A stretch of DNA of 64,000 bases from Erysipelotrichales bacterium (GTDB lineage Bacteria; Bacillota_I; Bacilli_A; RFN20; CAG-826). The position numbers and the translations under genes are program-made. The notes under the pieces were generated by a model that was given only the letters and a program-made list of their open reading frames with translations, was not told where the DNA came from and made no database searches. This document shows positions 49,608-59,789 of this stretch, in pieces (positions within the stretch are counted from its first letter, which is position 1; every line of letters begins with the position of its first letter). The DNA lies in contig JAFLUZ010000002.1 in NCBI GenBank assembly GCA_022508535.1, positions 63,379-127,378 on the forward strand. Reading direction: 5' to 3'.

Positions 49608-50387
49608 ATGATAGATTATACAGAAGGTTCTGGTAAGCAATATCATATTGGTGTAGGCAAAGATGATGTTGGTGAATATGTAATTTTACCAGGAGATCCA
49701 AAAAGATGTAAAAAAATTGCCGAACATTTTGATAATGCAAAACTAGTAGGTGATTCACGAGAGTTCGTTACTTATACAGGATATATAGATGGAGTTAAAG
49801 TTTCTGTTACATCCACTGGTATTGGTGGTCCATCTGCTTCTATTGCATTAGAAGAATTAGTGGCATGTGGTGCTAAAACATTTATTCGTGTTGGAACTTG
49901 TGGTGGTATGGATCCTAAAATTATTGGTGGAGATGTTGTTATTGCTCAAGCCGCAGTAAGATTTGAAGGCACCTCAAAAGAATACGCGCCTATAGAATAT
50001 CCAGCTGTTGCAGATTTTGAAGTCACGAACGCTCTAAAAAATGCCGGTGACAAATTAGGTGTTACAAATTACGTTGGAGTCGTTCAATGCAAGGATGCAT
50101 TTTATGGTCAGCATAGACCCGAGACTTTGCCAAATCGTGCTGAATTATTAAATAAATGGGATGCTTGGTGTAAGCTAGGTTGCCTTGCAAGCGAAATGGA
50201 ATCAGCAGCATTATTTATTGTTGCAAGTTATTTGCATGTTCGTGTTGGCTCTTGTTTTTTGGTCGTTGCAAACCAAGAAAGAGCAAAGCTCGGTTTAGAG
50301 AACAAACAAGTGCATGACACAGAAATTGCAATAAAAGTCGCCGTAGAAGCGATAAGAGAACTAATTAAAAAAGACAAGTCGAAATAG
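49608..50387 (+). CDS. nucleoside phosphorylase (PNP/UDP family; uridine or purine nucleoside phosphorylase)
   Basis: [13 protein letters not shown]...[18 protein letters not shown]...RVGTCGG. Confidence 0.75.
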   Translation: MIDYTEGSGKQYHIGVGKDDVGEYVILPGDPKRCKKIAEHFDNAKLVGDSREFVTYTGYIDGVKVSVTSTGIGGPSASIALEELVACGAKTFIRVGTCGGMDPKIIGGDVVIAQAAVRFEGTSKEYAPIEYPAVADFEVTNALKNAGDKLGVTNYVGVVQCKDAFYGQHRPETLPNRAELLNKWDAWCKLGCLASEMESAALFIVASYLHVRVGSCFLVVANQERAKLGLENKQVHDTEIAIKVAVEAIRELIKKDKSK

Positions 50388-50395
50388 AATTGCAC

Positions 50396-50427
50396 TGATA
50401 AAATCAGTGTTTTCTTTTTTTTATAAA
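50396..50427 (+). terminator. terminator of the phosphorylase gene
   Basis: Stem cactga/tcagtg with loop taaaa and a 15-nt T-rich run. Confidence 0.55.
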
Positions 50428-50486
50428 ATTTTTGGTTAGAAAAATGGAATTATTTTTGCTAGAATAAAAAAAAGGAGGTATTAAGT

Positions 50487-50969
50487 ATGCTTAGCATTGG
50501 CAAAATAATCGTCCATAAAAAGCATGGCATTTGTAAAATCTCAAATCTATTGCAAATTGCGGATCAAGATTACTACCAAATCGTTCCAAGTTTTGATGAA
50601 AGTATGTCTATTTTTGTTCCTGTAAATAAGGAACACGAATTACTAAGAGAAGTTTTGACAAAAAGTGAGGCAGATGACTTAATATCCTATATGCGCGATA
50701 TTGGTGATGACTTAATTGAAGATACCAAAGAACGTAGAGATGTTTTTCAAAAGAAATTTTTAAGTGGAGATTTAAAAGATTTAGCATATATTTGCCGAAA
50801 ATTATTTTTACTAAAGAAGGCAAAAGAAGAAACAAATACCAAATTTTGTTTAACCGATAGCACGATGTTTGAAAAGGCCAACAATATGTTACTTGATGAA
50901 CTATCTATCGCATATAACATTGACCGATCACTAATTTTTGATTATGTTTCAAAATTAATTCGTGAATAA
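50487..50969 (+). CDS. CarD/CdnL-family RNA-polymerase-binding regulator
   Basis: N-terminal CarD_CdnL_TRCF pattern SIGKIIVHKKHGICKI (compare F.VGD.VVH..HGVG.I). Confidence 0.6.
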   Translation: MLSIGKIIVHKKHGICKISNLLQIADQDYYQIVPSFDESMSIFVPVNKEHELLREVLTKSEADDLISYMRDIGDDLIEDTKERRDVFQKKFLSGDLKDLAYICRKLFLLKKAKEETNTKFCLTDSTMFEKANNMLLDELSIAYNIDRSLIFDYVSKLIRE

Positions 50970-50997
50970 GATTAGCGAATCACGCTGATCTTTTTTT
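50970..50997 (+). terminator. terminator of the CarD-family gene
   Basis: Stem gattagcg/cgctgatc with loop aatca and an 8-T run. Confidence 0.6.
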
Positions 50998-51084
50998 GTT
51001 ACATTTCGTTATTCTTAATTTGTCAAGGACGTTTCTAAAAAATTTTTTATTTTTTTAAATTTCAATATTTTATGAGATTAAAAC

Positions 51085-51112
51085 ACAAAAAAAGTGAATC
51101 CATAGGATTCAC
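51085..51112 (-). terminator. minus-strand terminator downstream of the transposase
   Basis: Perfect 8-bp stem gtgaatcc/ggattcac with loop ata. The minus-strand transcript continues into TTTTTTTGTGTTTT. Confidence 0.5.
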
Positions 51113-51207
51113 GCGACATTTTTCCTAAAAAAAGACATTATTAAAAGGATCTAACTTAATTAGATTAAAAATTATATTTTATTTTTTAATTAAACTTAAA
51201 TATTAAA

Positions 51208-52180
51208 TTATTCTACTACACCAAAGTCAATTAACATTCTTTCTTTACGCTTTTCAATAGGTGTTTTCCAACCTAATGTGAAACTAGGAATGTTATTTGA
51301 CCTTTTTAAATATGCTTTCATCTGATGTAATAAATCATCATAAGAATAAAACTTCAGATATTTATAAAATCTTTCGTTATCGTTTCTATGTGAACGCTCA
51401 ACTTTTCCATTGTGTCTAGGCGTTCGAGGTTTTATAAGTTTATGTTCGATTCCTAATTCTTCGCATAATAAATCGAACTTGTGAACTTTACCAATTTCTT
51501 TTAAAAAAGTAAATTCTTGCCCATTATCAGTTTGAATGATTTTTGGTGTATATCCAAAATAATTGATCGCACGTCTTACAAAATCACAAGTTGAATCTGC
51601 ACATTGTTCTTTGTAAGGATATATAAAACGTTCTCTTGTTGCCTCATCAATAATAGTGTATTGATAAAACTTCATATCGAACGGAACATCTTTTGTTCTA
51701 CAATCATAAGGAACAACTTTTACATCCAACTGCATTTTTTCACCAATAGAAATAGGTGTAAAATACTTTTGAGGTTTATAGTTCTTTCGATCTTTCTTTA
51801 AATCTTTAAAATAATTATTTTTTCTTAAATAACGATATAATGTAACCGGATTTCTTGAATAACCATAATTCACACGTAACTTTCCATATAATTCACTCAA
51901 TCCAATATTAGGATTGCGACGAACTAAATCTTGTATATGCTTTTTTTCTTCTGAAGTTTGCTCACGTGGATTTGGTGTTAAAGGAACATGAGATCCATTT
52001 TCTAAACTTTCTAATGTTCCATCATATTGTTTACGCCACCTATATAATGTTCGTATCGTACAATGATAACGATGTGCTACAAATTCGAACGAATTTCTTT
52101 TTAACATATTTAATGCTTTTAACTTTTCTTTTGGATCATAAGGATTATTAAACTTTCTTTTTTCTAAACTAACTAACATA
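51208..52180 (-). CDS. IS-type DDE transposase (HTH + rve integrase core; IS30/IS481-like)
   Basis: rve motifs TIIDEATR, IIQTDNGQEF and GKVERSH, with an N-terminal HTH. RBS aggaagtga lies before the ATG at 52180; the track start at 52224 is probably an N-terminal extension. Confidence 0.75.
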
Positions 52181-52251
52181 ACATCACTTCCTAACTTTAA
52201 AAATTTCAAATAAAATGTTAACATATATACACAAATTGAGAGGGCAATAAT

Positions 52252-52998
52252 ATGGGTAAAAAATGTTTAGCATGTAATAATATAATAGACAAAGCAAATC
52301 ACTATGTTTGTAATGACTGCTATAAAGAAATAAGATCAATCAAAGATGAGTATCTACCTTTAAGAGAATCAACTTTAAAAAAAGAATATTCAAGATGGCT
52401 ACGAAATTTGAACTTAACAAGAAATCCAATATATAAAAAGGAATATCAACTAAAAGTAATTGCAATCGCAGAGGTCATGAATGATAAATATAGAAACAAT
52501 CGATATATAACAAATATAATCGATTATTCAAATAATCAAACTGCAAGTAATAATATTACAATCAAAAAAGATGAAGAAATCGAAGAACAAGAATTTAACG
52601 AACAAAACAAAGATCCAGATGTCGATTTAAAAAATTACTCTACATATAAAAAATGTAACGACGGACATAGAGTTATATCTAAATCAGAAAAAATAATTGA
52701 TGACTTATTAACGGAAAAAGGAATAAGACATTATTACGACATGGAAATAGACGATAACACAAATTATCGTTATGACTTTTATTTACCGGATTACAAAATC
52801 TATATTGAACATTGGGGATTCAAAGATAGAGAAAATTACGAAATCAGAAAAAGAAATAAATTAGAATACTATAAGTCAAATGATTATATTCTTGTAGAAA
52901 GCGACGAAGAAACAATTAACGATAGACATAATTTAATCAAAGCATTACGAAAAGTGGCACCAAATATATTTTCTAAAAAGTCTGATAAAATCGACTAA
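52252..52998 (+). CDS. zinc-ribbon + DUF559/Vsr-like (PD-(D/E)xK fold) endonuclease-domain protein
   Basis: N-terminal CLACN...CNDC. The C-terminus SKSEKIIDDLLTEKGI...RYDFYLPDYKIYIEHWG matches the DF.LP....IE.DG pattern of DUF559/Vsr-like nucleases. Confidence 0.45.
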   Translation: MGKKCLACNNIIDKANHYVCNDCYKEIRSIKDEYLPLRESTLKKEYSRWLRNLNLTRNPIYKKEYQLKVIAIAEVMNDKYRNNRYITNIIDYSNNQTASNNITIKKDEEIEEQEFNEQNKDPDVDLKNYSTYKKCNDGHRVISKSEKIIDDLLTEKGIRHYYDMEIDDNTNYRYDFYLPDYKIYIEHWGFKDRENYEIRKRNKLEYYKSNDYILVESDEETINDRHNLIKALRKVAPNIFSKKSDKID

Positions 52999-53017
52999 AA
53001 TATTAAAATGAGCATTA

Positions 53018-53077
53018 GACACACCTATATATATATAAACAAGTGCCTTCGCTACGCTCGGCATATATAGGTGTGTC
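53018..53077. repeat. 15-bp perfect inverted repeat (gacacacctatatat / atatataggtgtgtc) around a 30-nt GC-rich loop
   Basis: The loop gtgccttcgctacgctcggc is far more GC-rich than the surrounding sequence. Candidate Rep double-strand origin or att core. Confidence 0.6.
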
Positions 53078-53116
53078 ATTTATTTAATGTAATTCATGAA
53101 TTTCTTGTTATTATTT

Positions 53117-53190
53117 AATGTATTGAAAGGTTGAAGTTCACGCCTAATTCGGCTATGTGAACTTTCAACCATTTTTTTAATACATTTTAA
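53117..53190. repeat. second large imperfect hairpin (ggttgaagttcac ... gtgaactttcaacc) with flanking tgtattgaaa / aatacatt arms
   Basis: 13/14-bp stem nested inside a longer imperfect inverted repeat, downstream of the Rep gene. Confidence 0.5.
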
Positions 53191-53273
53191 ATAAATTTTA
53201 CAACGACTAAAAGGGTATAACAGTTATACCCATTTTTTCATATATAAATTAGTTATTTTTTTTTAAATATGCA

Positions 53274-54197
53274 CTAACACGACATCTTTACTAACATATC
53301 ACTATCAATAATATCTACATCATCAAATAAAACATACTTTTTAACAAATTCACCAAACTCACAAAGAATATATTTACTATCTTCTTCATCAAATTTTATA
53401 TACAAAAACGTTGGGATACCCCTAGAATAGAATATTTTTTCATTACTTTTAGAAATATACTTTAACAAATAATTAATAGTTCCATCATGTTTTAAATTTT
53501 TACAATCAATCTCAACAAAATCATTACGTCCAAATCGCTTTTCAAAAAATGTGTTTATATGTGTAATACGCATTTTTTTATCGCTTGTAGAATAATCAAT
53601 CTTATTAATTATCTCACCACGCATTTCACCATTTGGAACATACATTAATCCATGAAAATGTAATCTTCCTTTTAATGACCTTTCAAACACACCCATACAT
53701 CTATAACCATAACGACTATGAAGATTAGAAAAACACTTCTTTAATTTATCAACAAATGATATTTCATCATGTTTATTATCATCATAAGTAAAAGTAACAA
53801 AATAATTCCAAATATTATTTAATGCTTTCTTTCTAAAACGATCAAGACGCGATTTTAATAACTTCGCTTTTGTTTTTAAAAAATTAATAACAACTTTTTC
53901 AGATATATCAGAATCATAATTTTTCAATTCACTTAACATAAAACGTAATCGATCTTTATCACTTACATCTTTTTCAATAGACAACAAATAAATTTCATCT
54001 AAAATATTATCTTCTTCATTTACAATTTTCGCACCACCTCTTTTAACATTACATTTACCATAAGTACGAACAAATTCACTTTCATAATTACGTATAGATT
54101 CTTTTTCTTTTACAACTTCTAAATCCTTTTTATAATAACGGATTGCCACATTGTGAGATCCGTCATTAAAACATCTATATAATGTTTGTGCAGCCAT
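53274..54197 (-). CDS. rolling-circle replication initiator (HUH endonuclease, phiX174-A / superfamily I type)
   Basis: HUH motif GRLHFHGLMYV and a double-tyrosine motif YLLKYISK (Y-x-x-K-Y-x-x-K). Confidence 0.65.
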   Translation of the reverse strand: MAAQTLYRCFNDGSHNVAIRYYKKDLEVVKEKESIRNYESEFVRTYGKCNVKRGGAKIVNEEDNILDEIYLLSIEKDVSDKDRLRFMLSELKNYDSDISEKVVINFLKTKAKLLKSRLDRFRKKALNNIWNYFVTFTYDDNKHDEISFVDKLKKCFSNLHSRYGYRCMGVFERSLKGRLHFHGLMYVPNGEMRGEIINKIDYSTSDKKMRITHINTFFEKRFGRNDFVEIDCKNLKHDGTINYLLKYISKSNEKIFYSRGIPTFLYIKFDEEDSKYILCEFGEFVKKYVLFDDVDIIDSDMLVKMSC

Positions 54198-54392
54198 TTT
54201 ATATTGTCCTTTCTCATCTATTGCTTACTTCTCATAGCGTATTTGTATTGTTGCATATCATATTTATTTATTGTCAAGTGTTGCCCTACGGCGTCTCACG
54301 TCTTACAACGTTTGCCACTTGACAATATAAATAGATATGAGATTTTGGATATAACGCCAATGAGAGGAAACAAATATTATTTTTTTTAATTT

Positions 54393-56543
54393 TTACGACC
54401 TTAGATTTTTACGTAACTTAGAAAGTTGAATAATAACATAGGAATTACTACTTAACAACTCATCCCACGACGCACTTTCGGATTCGAATTCCGGTATATC
54501 ATTAAGACCTATTTCTGAATTACTTGATTTTTCCATAAAATAGTCTTTAAAGGCGTCAGTTGCGAATCGTCTTGAATATATCTTTTTCCATGAAATATAA
54601 TATTTGAACTTTCCAAGTGTTTCATCTAAAGTTCCTTTTTTACTAGATAAGACTAATTGATGATAACTAAACTGATATTTTAAACGTTCATAATAATGCG
54701 AATATTTACCCCATATATTCTTTAACAAATACATAAACAAAGTATTATCACTACGATAAAAACGATAATTATAATATAAACCACTAAATTTACTATTTAA
54801 AAATTCATAAATCATAGATTCTAATCTAAACAACATTAAAGGAGTTTGTACATCCTTTTTTTCTTCAATAAATATAATTTTTTCACATACTTCACGAACA
54901 TCTGCACCTATCGATTCCGGACGTTGTTCATCAAAAATAAGCTTAATGAATGGAAAATTATCGACCGTTGCACTATGCCTCATCATCTTAACCCAAATAT
55001 TGAATAAATCATTTAGCTGATTTGCCTCTTCTGAATCCTTTTTCAAGCCTCTATTATCGATCATATTACCACGTTCTTTGCCACCCTCAGTAATAAGAAC
55101 AATACCAAACTCAAAAGCGTCGCGATATTTACTATCTTCTACAATCGTTTTCCCAAGACGCAACATATCGAAATCCAAGATATGTGAGTGTCTGCTATAA
55201 GCGTTCATATAATCACTATTGGAACTAAAGAAATCACTATGCCACATAGGAAAGTGACCTAAATCTTGTAAAATAGAATCTTCTCTAATAGCATAATTTG
55301 AAACCAATAAACTACTCTGCATTACATAAATAAAATATAATTGAACATAGTTTTCTAACATTTCAAAAATTGTAATTTCATTAGCACCATTCCAATAAGT
55401 TAATCCATATTTTTCAAAATCATAATCAAATAAATTAGATGGAACAGGATCATTTAAAAATTTATCTTGCCATTTCGACAACCATTTTCTACATGTTGCG
55501 AGGTTATAAATCGTATGATCAGATATTGCCTCTTTTATATAATTTTCAAAGACTGCAAATGTAAAATTAGGAAACTTTAAATCATTACTTAATATCAATT
55601 CAAATGCTTTATCTCTAAACATAACATTCAAAGAAAGACCGGCATCAGTTAATAAAGTTGTTTTACCTTTACCCATTGGACTACAAATCATAGATGACAA
55701 ACCCATAGAATTAATAAAACCACGATTCATCATTTCATGATGTCTTAAAATACTTAATGCAATATTTTTTCTAATTTTATTAAATACAAGAACACCAATT
55801 ATTATCCATACATACAAAGGAACAAAACGAATAATAGGAATCAAATCTATTAATAGTTTATAAAATTGGATAAACAAACCACTAAAATTAAAAGATATAA
55901 CAAAGTAAAAATAAAACGCTAAAAACTCAATAATGATGGTGAATACATTAAAATATAACAACCAAATTACACACCATATTATTATAAAATATCTATGACA
56001 ACGGACATAATCTATAAAAGACCTAATCCAATTAATAACCGGACTTACAATTCTAAACTTAAAAAATTTATAACACTTTAACGGAACACTATCAGAATTA
56101 GTTTCTTTATTATTTTCACTAAAATAATTTCTATACAACAACCATATAAGTAAGAAAAATGGCATAACCAATAATAAGACTTTTAAAATAATATAAATGA
56201 CATTAAATACACTAGACAAATAACGTAAAATATTTTCACCATTAATAATAGAATGAAAAAACAATTTAAAATAAATCAAAAGGCTTTCAAGAGATAAAAA
56301 TGCGAAAGGATCATTTACAATATCATAATTGCCAATATTATTTATAGTAGGATCTGCAGAACGTTTAAATGTAAATAATTCACTAAAATAATAATAGATT
56401 GATAGACCAAAATCTTTTATACTTTCCCAAATACGGACATAAGAACGCACAAACATAAAAGAAAATAAAATAAATACTATTGTAATTAAAATACAAAGAT
56501 ATTGTCTATAATCAAGTTTCTTTAAAAACTTAAATAATTTCAT
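54393..56543 (-). CDS. large polytopic-membrane P-loop protein (homolog of the gene at 33550-35763)
   Basis: Multiple N-terminal TM helices, P-loop SPMGKGKTTLL and the shared VLITEGGKERGN block. Confidence 0.5.
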   Translation of the reverse strand: MKLFKFLKKLDYRQYLCILITIVFILFSFMFVRSYVRIWESIKDFGLSIYYYFSELFTFKRSADPTINNIGNYDIVNDPFAFLSLESLLIYFKLFFHSIINGENILRYLSSVFNVIYIILKVLLLVMPFFLLIWLLYRNYFSENNKETNSDSVPLKCYKFFKFRIVSPVINWIRSFIDYVRCHRYFIIIWCVIWLLYFNVFTIIIEFLAFYFYFVISFNFSGLFIQFYKLLIDLIPIIRFVPLYVWIIIGVLVFNKIRKNIALSILRHHEMMNRGFINSMGLSSMICSPMGKGKTTLLTDAGLSLNVMFRDKAFELILSNDLKFPNFTFAVFENYIKEAISDHTIYNLATCRKWLSKWQDKFLNDPVPSNLFDYDFEKYGLTYWNGANEITIFEMLENYVQLYFIYVMQSSLLVSNYAIREDSILQDLGHFPMWHSDFFSSNSDYMNAYSRHSHILDFDMLRLGKTIVEDSKYRDAFEFGIVLITEGGKERGNMIDNRGLKKDSEEANQLNDLFNIWVKMMRHSATVDNFPFIKLIFDEQRPESIGADVREVCEKIIFIEEKKDVQTPLMLFRLESMIYEFLNSKFSGLYYNYRFYRSDNTLFMYLLKNIWGKYSHYYERLKYQFSYHQLVLSSKKGTLDETLGKFKYYISWKKIYSRRFATDAFKDYFMEKSSNSEIGLNDIPEFESESASWDELLSSNSYVIIQLSKLRKNLRS

Positions 56544-56584
56544 GTCCTCATTTACTGCAGATACAATGTATTAATTGTTTAAAT

Positions 56585-56749
56585 CTAAACACTATTATCC
56601 AAATCCATCTTTACAATATCGAATAAATCCCTTTGCTTTTTAAAAAACTTATTTTCATCAAAAATTACATCTTGAATAAAAGGCGTACCACCTTTGTGTG
56701 CCAATAATCTATAATTCTTTCTAAAATTATTCCAATTTGTTTTTTTCAT
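56585..56749 (-). CDS. conserved small ORF (54 aa), homolog of the ORF at 31971-32129
   Basis: MKKTNWNNFRKNYRLLAHKGGTPFIQDVIFDENKFFKKQRDLFDIVKMDLDNSV; not in the ORF track. Confidence 0.4.
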   Translation of the reverse strand: MKKTNWNNFRKNYRLLAHKGGTPFIQDVIFDENKFFKKQRDLFDIVKMDLDNSV

Positions 56750-56764
56750 ATTAATCACCTCTAT

Positions 56765-56992
56765 CTAAAATAGTTTTAATTGAACAACAACATTTTGTGC
56801 TAATAAAACTGCACTTCTATTGGTATATATCATTGAATAATCTTTAGTGTTTTGTAAAAGTAAATTACAAGATTCCCATTCTTTATTATCTACATCTACA
56901 ACTTGGAAAATATCTTTTTCAACACCACAAAGAATACCGTTTTTAAATTTTTTAAATTGAACTAAATCACCTATTTCAACTTTCTTACTCAT
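56765..56992 (-). CDS. hypothetical protein
   Basis: 75-aa ORF in a same-strand operon. Confidence 0.3.
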   Translation of the reverse strand: MSKKVEIGDLVQFKKFKNGILCGVEKDIFQVVDVDNKEWESCNLLLQNTKDYSMIYTNRSAVLLAQNVVVQLKLF

Positions 56993-57002
56993 CTGCTATC
57001 CC

Positions 57003-57410
57003 CTAATTATTCTCATGAAATTTCACGACACCAAATTTATAAAAATCTTCAATAAATTGTAATAAAGAAATATATTTATGAGCTAATTCATCTAAACTTT
57101 CACTAGTCAACATAGATTGTACACTAATATCTATCATATCCATTATGTAAATAGGATTTAAAAAGAACTTTTTTTCATCTAAAAATGTTTCTTTTTCGCA
57201 TGAAGAACCATATTGATTAATTAATCTTTTCCATATTGTAGGACTATCTTCTTTATCATTTAACAAACACATTAATTGATCATAAACACACATTTCACCC
57301 TCATAAAAAATTGAGTACTCAACTTTGTTTATATCTCTAAACCAACAATACATCTTAAATGAATTTATAGCTCTTTTTTCTAATTTTTTTAATAAATCTT
57401 TACTTTTCAT
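57003..57410 (-). CDS. hypothetical protein
   Basis: 135-aa ORF. Confidence 0.3.
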   Translation of the reverse strand: MKSKDLLKKLEKRAINSFKMYCWFRDINKVEYSIFYEGEMCVYDQLMCLLNDKEDSPTIWKRLINQYGSSCEKETFLDEKKFFLNPIYIMDMIDISVQSMLTSESLDELAHKYISLLQFIEDFYKFGVVKFHENN

Positions 57411-57427
57411 TTAATATCACCTCATTC

Positions 57428-57781
57428 CTAAAACGGCAAATTATCATCACCATTATATTTTTTTACTAAAAAACTTCTTATAGCACCATAAAACTTTTTA
57501 TAATCATCAATAGTTTTTAATCTTGGAGCAGTAGACCATTTATATAAACGCATATGATAAGTACGATCTCTATCTTCGATATTCAAAACATTATTTTCAT
57601 ATAGCTTAAATATTGATTCTAAATATCTACATACTGAATACCTTTTCTCTAAAATCAAAATATCCCACATTTCATATAGAAACGAATCAGATTTAATTAT
57701 TTCGACTTTTTGTTTTCCATATTCATTGATTATTTTTAATTCTAAATAGAAATCAGATAAATAAGACTTTTCTTTAATCAT
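57428..57781 (-). CDS. hypothetical protein
   Basis: 117-aa ORF. Confidence 0.3.
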   Translation of the reverse strand: MIKEKSYLSDFYLELKIINEYGKQKVEIIKSDSFLYEMWDILILEKRYSVCRYLESIFKLYENNVLNIEDRDRTYHMRLYKWSTAPRLKTIDDYKKFYGAIRSFLVKKYNGDDNLPF

Positions 57782-57794
57782 TATCTATCACCTA

Positions 57795-58013
57795 TTATAA
57801 AAGCAAAGATGAAACAATATCTTTAAATGTGCGATAACAATCACCAAATAATTCATCATCATTCGCTATATATTTAAAATCATCATCACTAGGATCATCC
57901 GGAACTGCAAATTCAATCCAATATCCATACAATTCCTCATCATCAATTTGAGTAATAAAATTGTGCATTAAAATTAACAAATCAATTCTTGCCCTGATTA
58001 TTCTTTTATTCAT
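57795..58013 (-). CDS. hypothetical acidic protein
   Basis: 72-aa ORF overlapping the upstream gene by 8 nt. Confidence 0.3.
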   Translation of the reverse strand: MNKRIIRARIDLLILMHNFITQIDDEELYGYWIEFAVPDDPSDDDFKYIANDDELFGDCYRTFKDIVSSLLL

Positions 58014-58839
58014 TATTATTTACCTCAAAAATAACATTATCAAAATGAAAAATTCTATAATTTTCTTCTATTGCTAAAGATAAATCACCATAAGTACCAT
58101 CATTAAAATAAATAGTATTTGTACCATAAATATTAAATTTACTATTTTCAATATAACTTTCACAAGTTGACCATTTTTTTCCTAAATCGTTAAATGCTTT
58201 TAATAATATCTCTGCTTGATGACTAGTAGAACAATGAATACATAATAATTCATCACTTTCAAAAAAATCATTTAATCTTATAGAATCTTGTTTTATAACT
58301 AAAAGATGTGAATTAGTCATATAATCACATTTAAAAGCACGTGAAATGGATAAAATACAATAATCATTATCTAAACCATATTCCGGTACATTATTTAAAA
58401 CATAATCAATTTTATACACAACAACATGTTCATCACGAATAAGAATATAATTAGTGTAATTAACAATTCTTTTAAAAATGATTAAATCACCGACTTTATA
58501 ATTACGATCATTTTTTCTTAATTCAAATCTCTTTAAATTACATTGTATATATTGATAATAATACTCATCTATTTTTAAATAATGAATAGTACGATTTCTA
58601 TATTTTTCACTAAATAACTCATCTGACTTGTGTAATGTTAAAAGTTCACCACATTCCGGACAATAAATTGAATGATTATCAATATAAGAAGATTCACAAA
58701 AATTACAATGTTTTTTTTCATGTTGTCTAAGTATTCTTCTTTTACGTGAACAATAAATAATTAAATTTACTAAAAATACTAATAAAACACCTACAAAAAT
58801 GCCAATTATGGCAGTAATAAATAAATATAATGTTTTCAT
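58006..58839 (-). CDS. N-terminal-TM protein with a zinc ribbon
   Basis: TM helix LFITAIIGIFVGVLLVFLVNLII, then CNFC...CPEC. The KVGDLIIFKR segment faintly resembles the S24/S26 peptidase GD box. Confidence 0.35.
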   Translation of the reverse strand: MKTLYLFITAIIGIFVGVLLVFLVNLIIYCSRKRRILRQHEKKHCNFCESSYIDNHSIYCPECGELLTLHKSDELFSEKYRNRTIHYLKIDEYYYQYIQCNLKRFELRKNDRNYKVGDLIIFKRIVNYTNYILIRDEHVVVYKIDYVLNNVPEYGLDNDYCILSISRAFKCDYMTNSHLLVIKQDSIRLNDFFESDELLCIHCSTSHQAEILLKAFNDLGKKWSTCESYIENSKFNIYGTNTIYFNDGTYGDLSLAIEENYRIFHFDNVIFEVNNNE

Positions 58840-58852
58840 CTTTATACACCCC

Positions 58853-59212
58853 CTAAAATAAATCGATATTATAGTAATATCGGTTAAAACTTGATGAATA
58901 CAAAGTATTTTTATCTACAATTCCAAAATAATAACTTTCTTGACTTACACTATCTAACAATTCAAACATACCTTTTTCATACTTAACTTTACTTATTCTA
59001 TATATGACATCATCCACACGGATTATTGAATTTTCAAAATTACCAAAGGATATAGCAGAATCATTATTCTTTGTTCTATATACTGATTCTAAATAATAGT
59101 CTTGATCTATCCCTTTGTCTTTAAATTGAGTAAATGAAAAAGCAAGATACCCAATAACTAACACTATTAGGCATATTGCTAATATATAAAGTATATTTTT
59201 TAAGATTTTCAT
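58853..59212 (-). CDS. small N-terminal-TM protein
   Basis: TM helix ILYILAICLIVLVIGYLAF. Confidence 0.35.
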   Translation of the reverse strand: MKILKNILYILAICLIVLVIGYLAFSFTQFKDKGIDQDYYLESVYRTKNNDSAISFGNFENSIIRVDDVIYRISKVKYEKGMFELLDSVSQESYYFGIVDKNTLYSSSFNRYYYNIDLF

Positions 59213-59312
59213 AAAAACACCTCACTTTTATGTTTACTTTTTAAAATTATTGTGTATACTAATAATATCTAGAGAGCCAACGGCTTCTATCGAGGGTACA
59301 ACCCTCATTTTT

Positions 59313-59705
59313 TTATTTTCGTTTTATCAAATTAATATATCGTTTAGGAAAACGTGTCATATCGTTAGGCTCTTTATAGTGCAATTTATTTAAAGAAATT
59401 GTAATACCTTTATGATTAATACCACTCAAAAGCCTTGAATTTAATTGATTTCTAGGAATCAATAAAATATTTCCATTTTTTACATCATCTAATTTTCTAT
59501 TTTTAAAAGAATATTGATTTCTATGTCGACTTTCTAAAGATGTAATAGTTTTAACACGTGCAATATTTCGCTTTTTATCAATAGAAGTAATTATTACATC
59601 ATGTTGTGAATTAGGATTATTACCATTAATTCTTAGATCAATATCAGAAACTTGATAAACACCATTAACTTTTGGATTTCTAACAACATCAGTTGTAATT
59701 TCCAT
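59313..59705 (-). CDS. hypothetical basic protein
   Basis: 130-aa ORF. Confidence 0.3.
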   Translation of the reverse strand: MEITTDVVRNPKVNGVYQVSDIDLRINGNNPNSQHDVIITSIDKKRNIARVKTITSLESRHRNQYSFKNRKLDDVKNGNILLIPRNQLNSRLLSGINHKGITISLNKLHYKEPNDMTRFPKRYINLIKRK

Positions 59706-59789
59706 TTTTTCACCTACTTTTTACAAAAATTAATAACTTTAAAGAGATGGAACGATCCACTATTTAATGAATCGCCCATCTTTTTTTAA

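Noticed and set aside
51121-52251. Terminal inverted repeats delimiting the IS around the rve transposase
   Set aside because: Both flanks share a ctaactt(a/t)a word, but in direct and not inverted orientation. I could not find a convincing inverted-repeat pair by eye, so the IS boundaries are left undefined.
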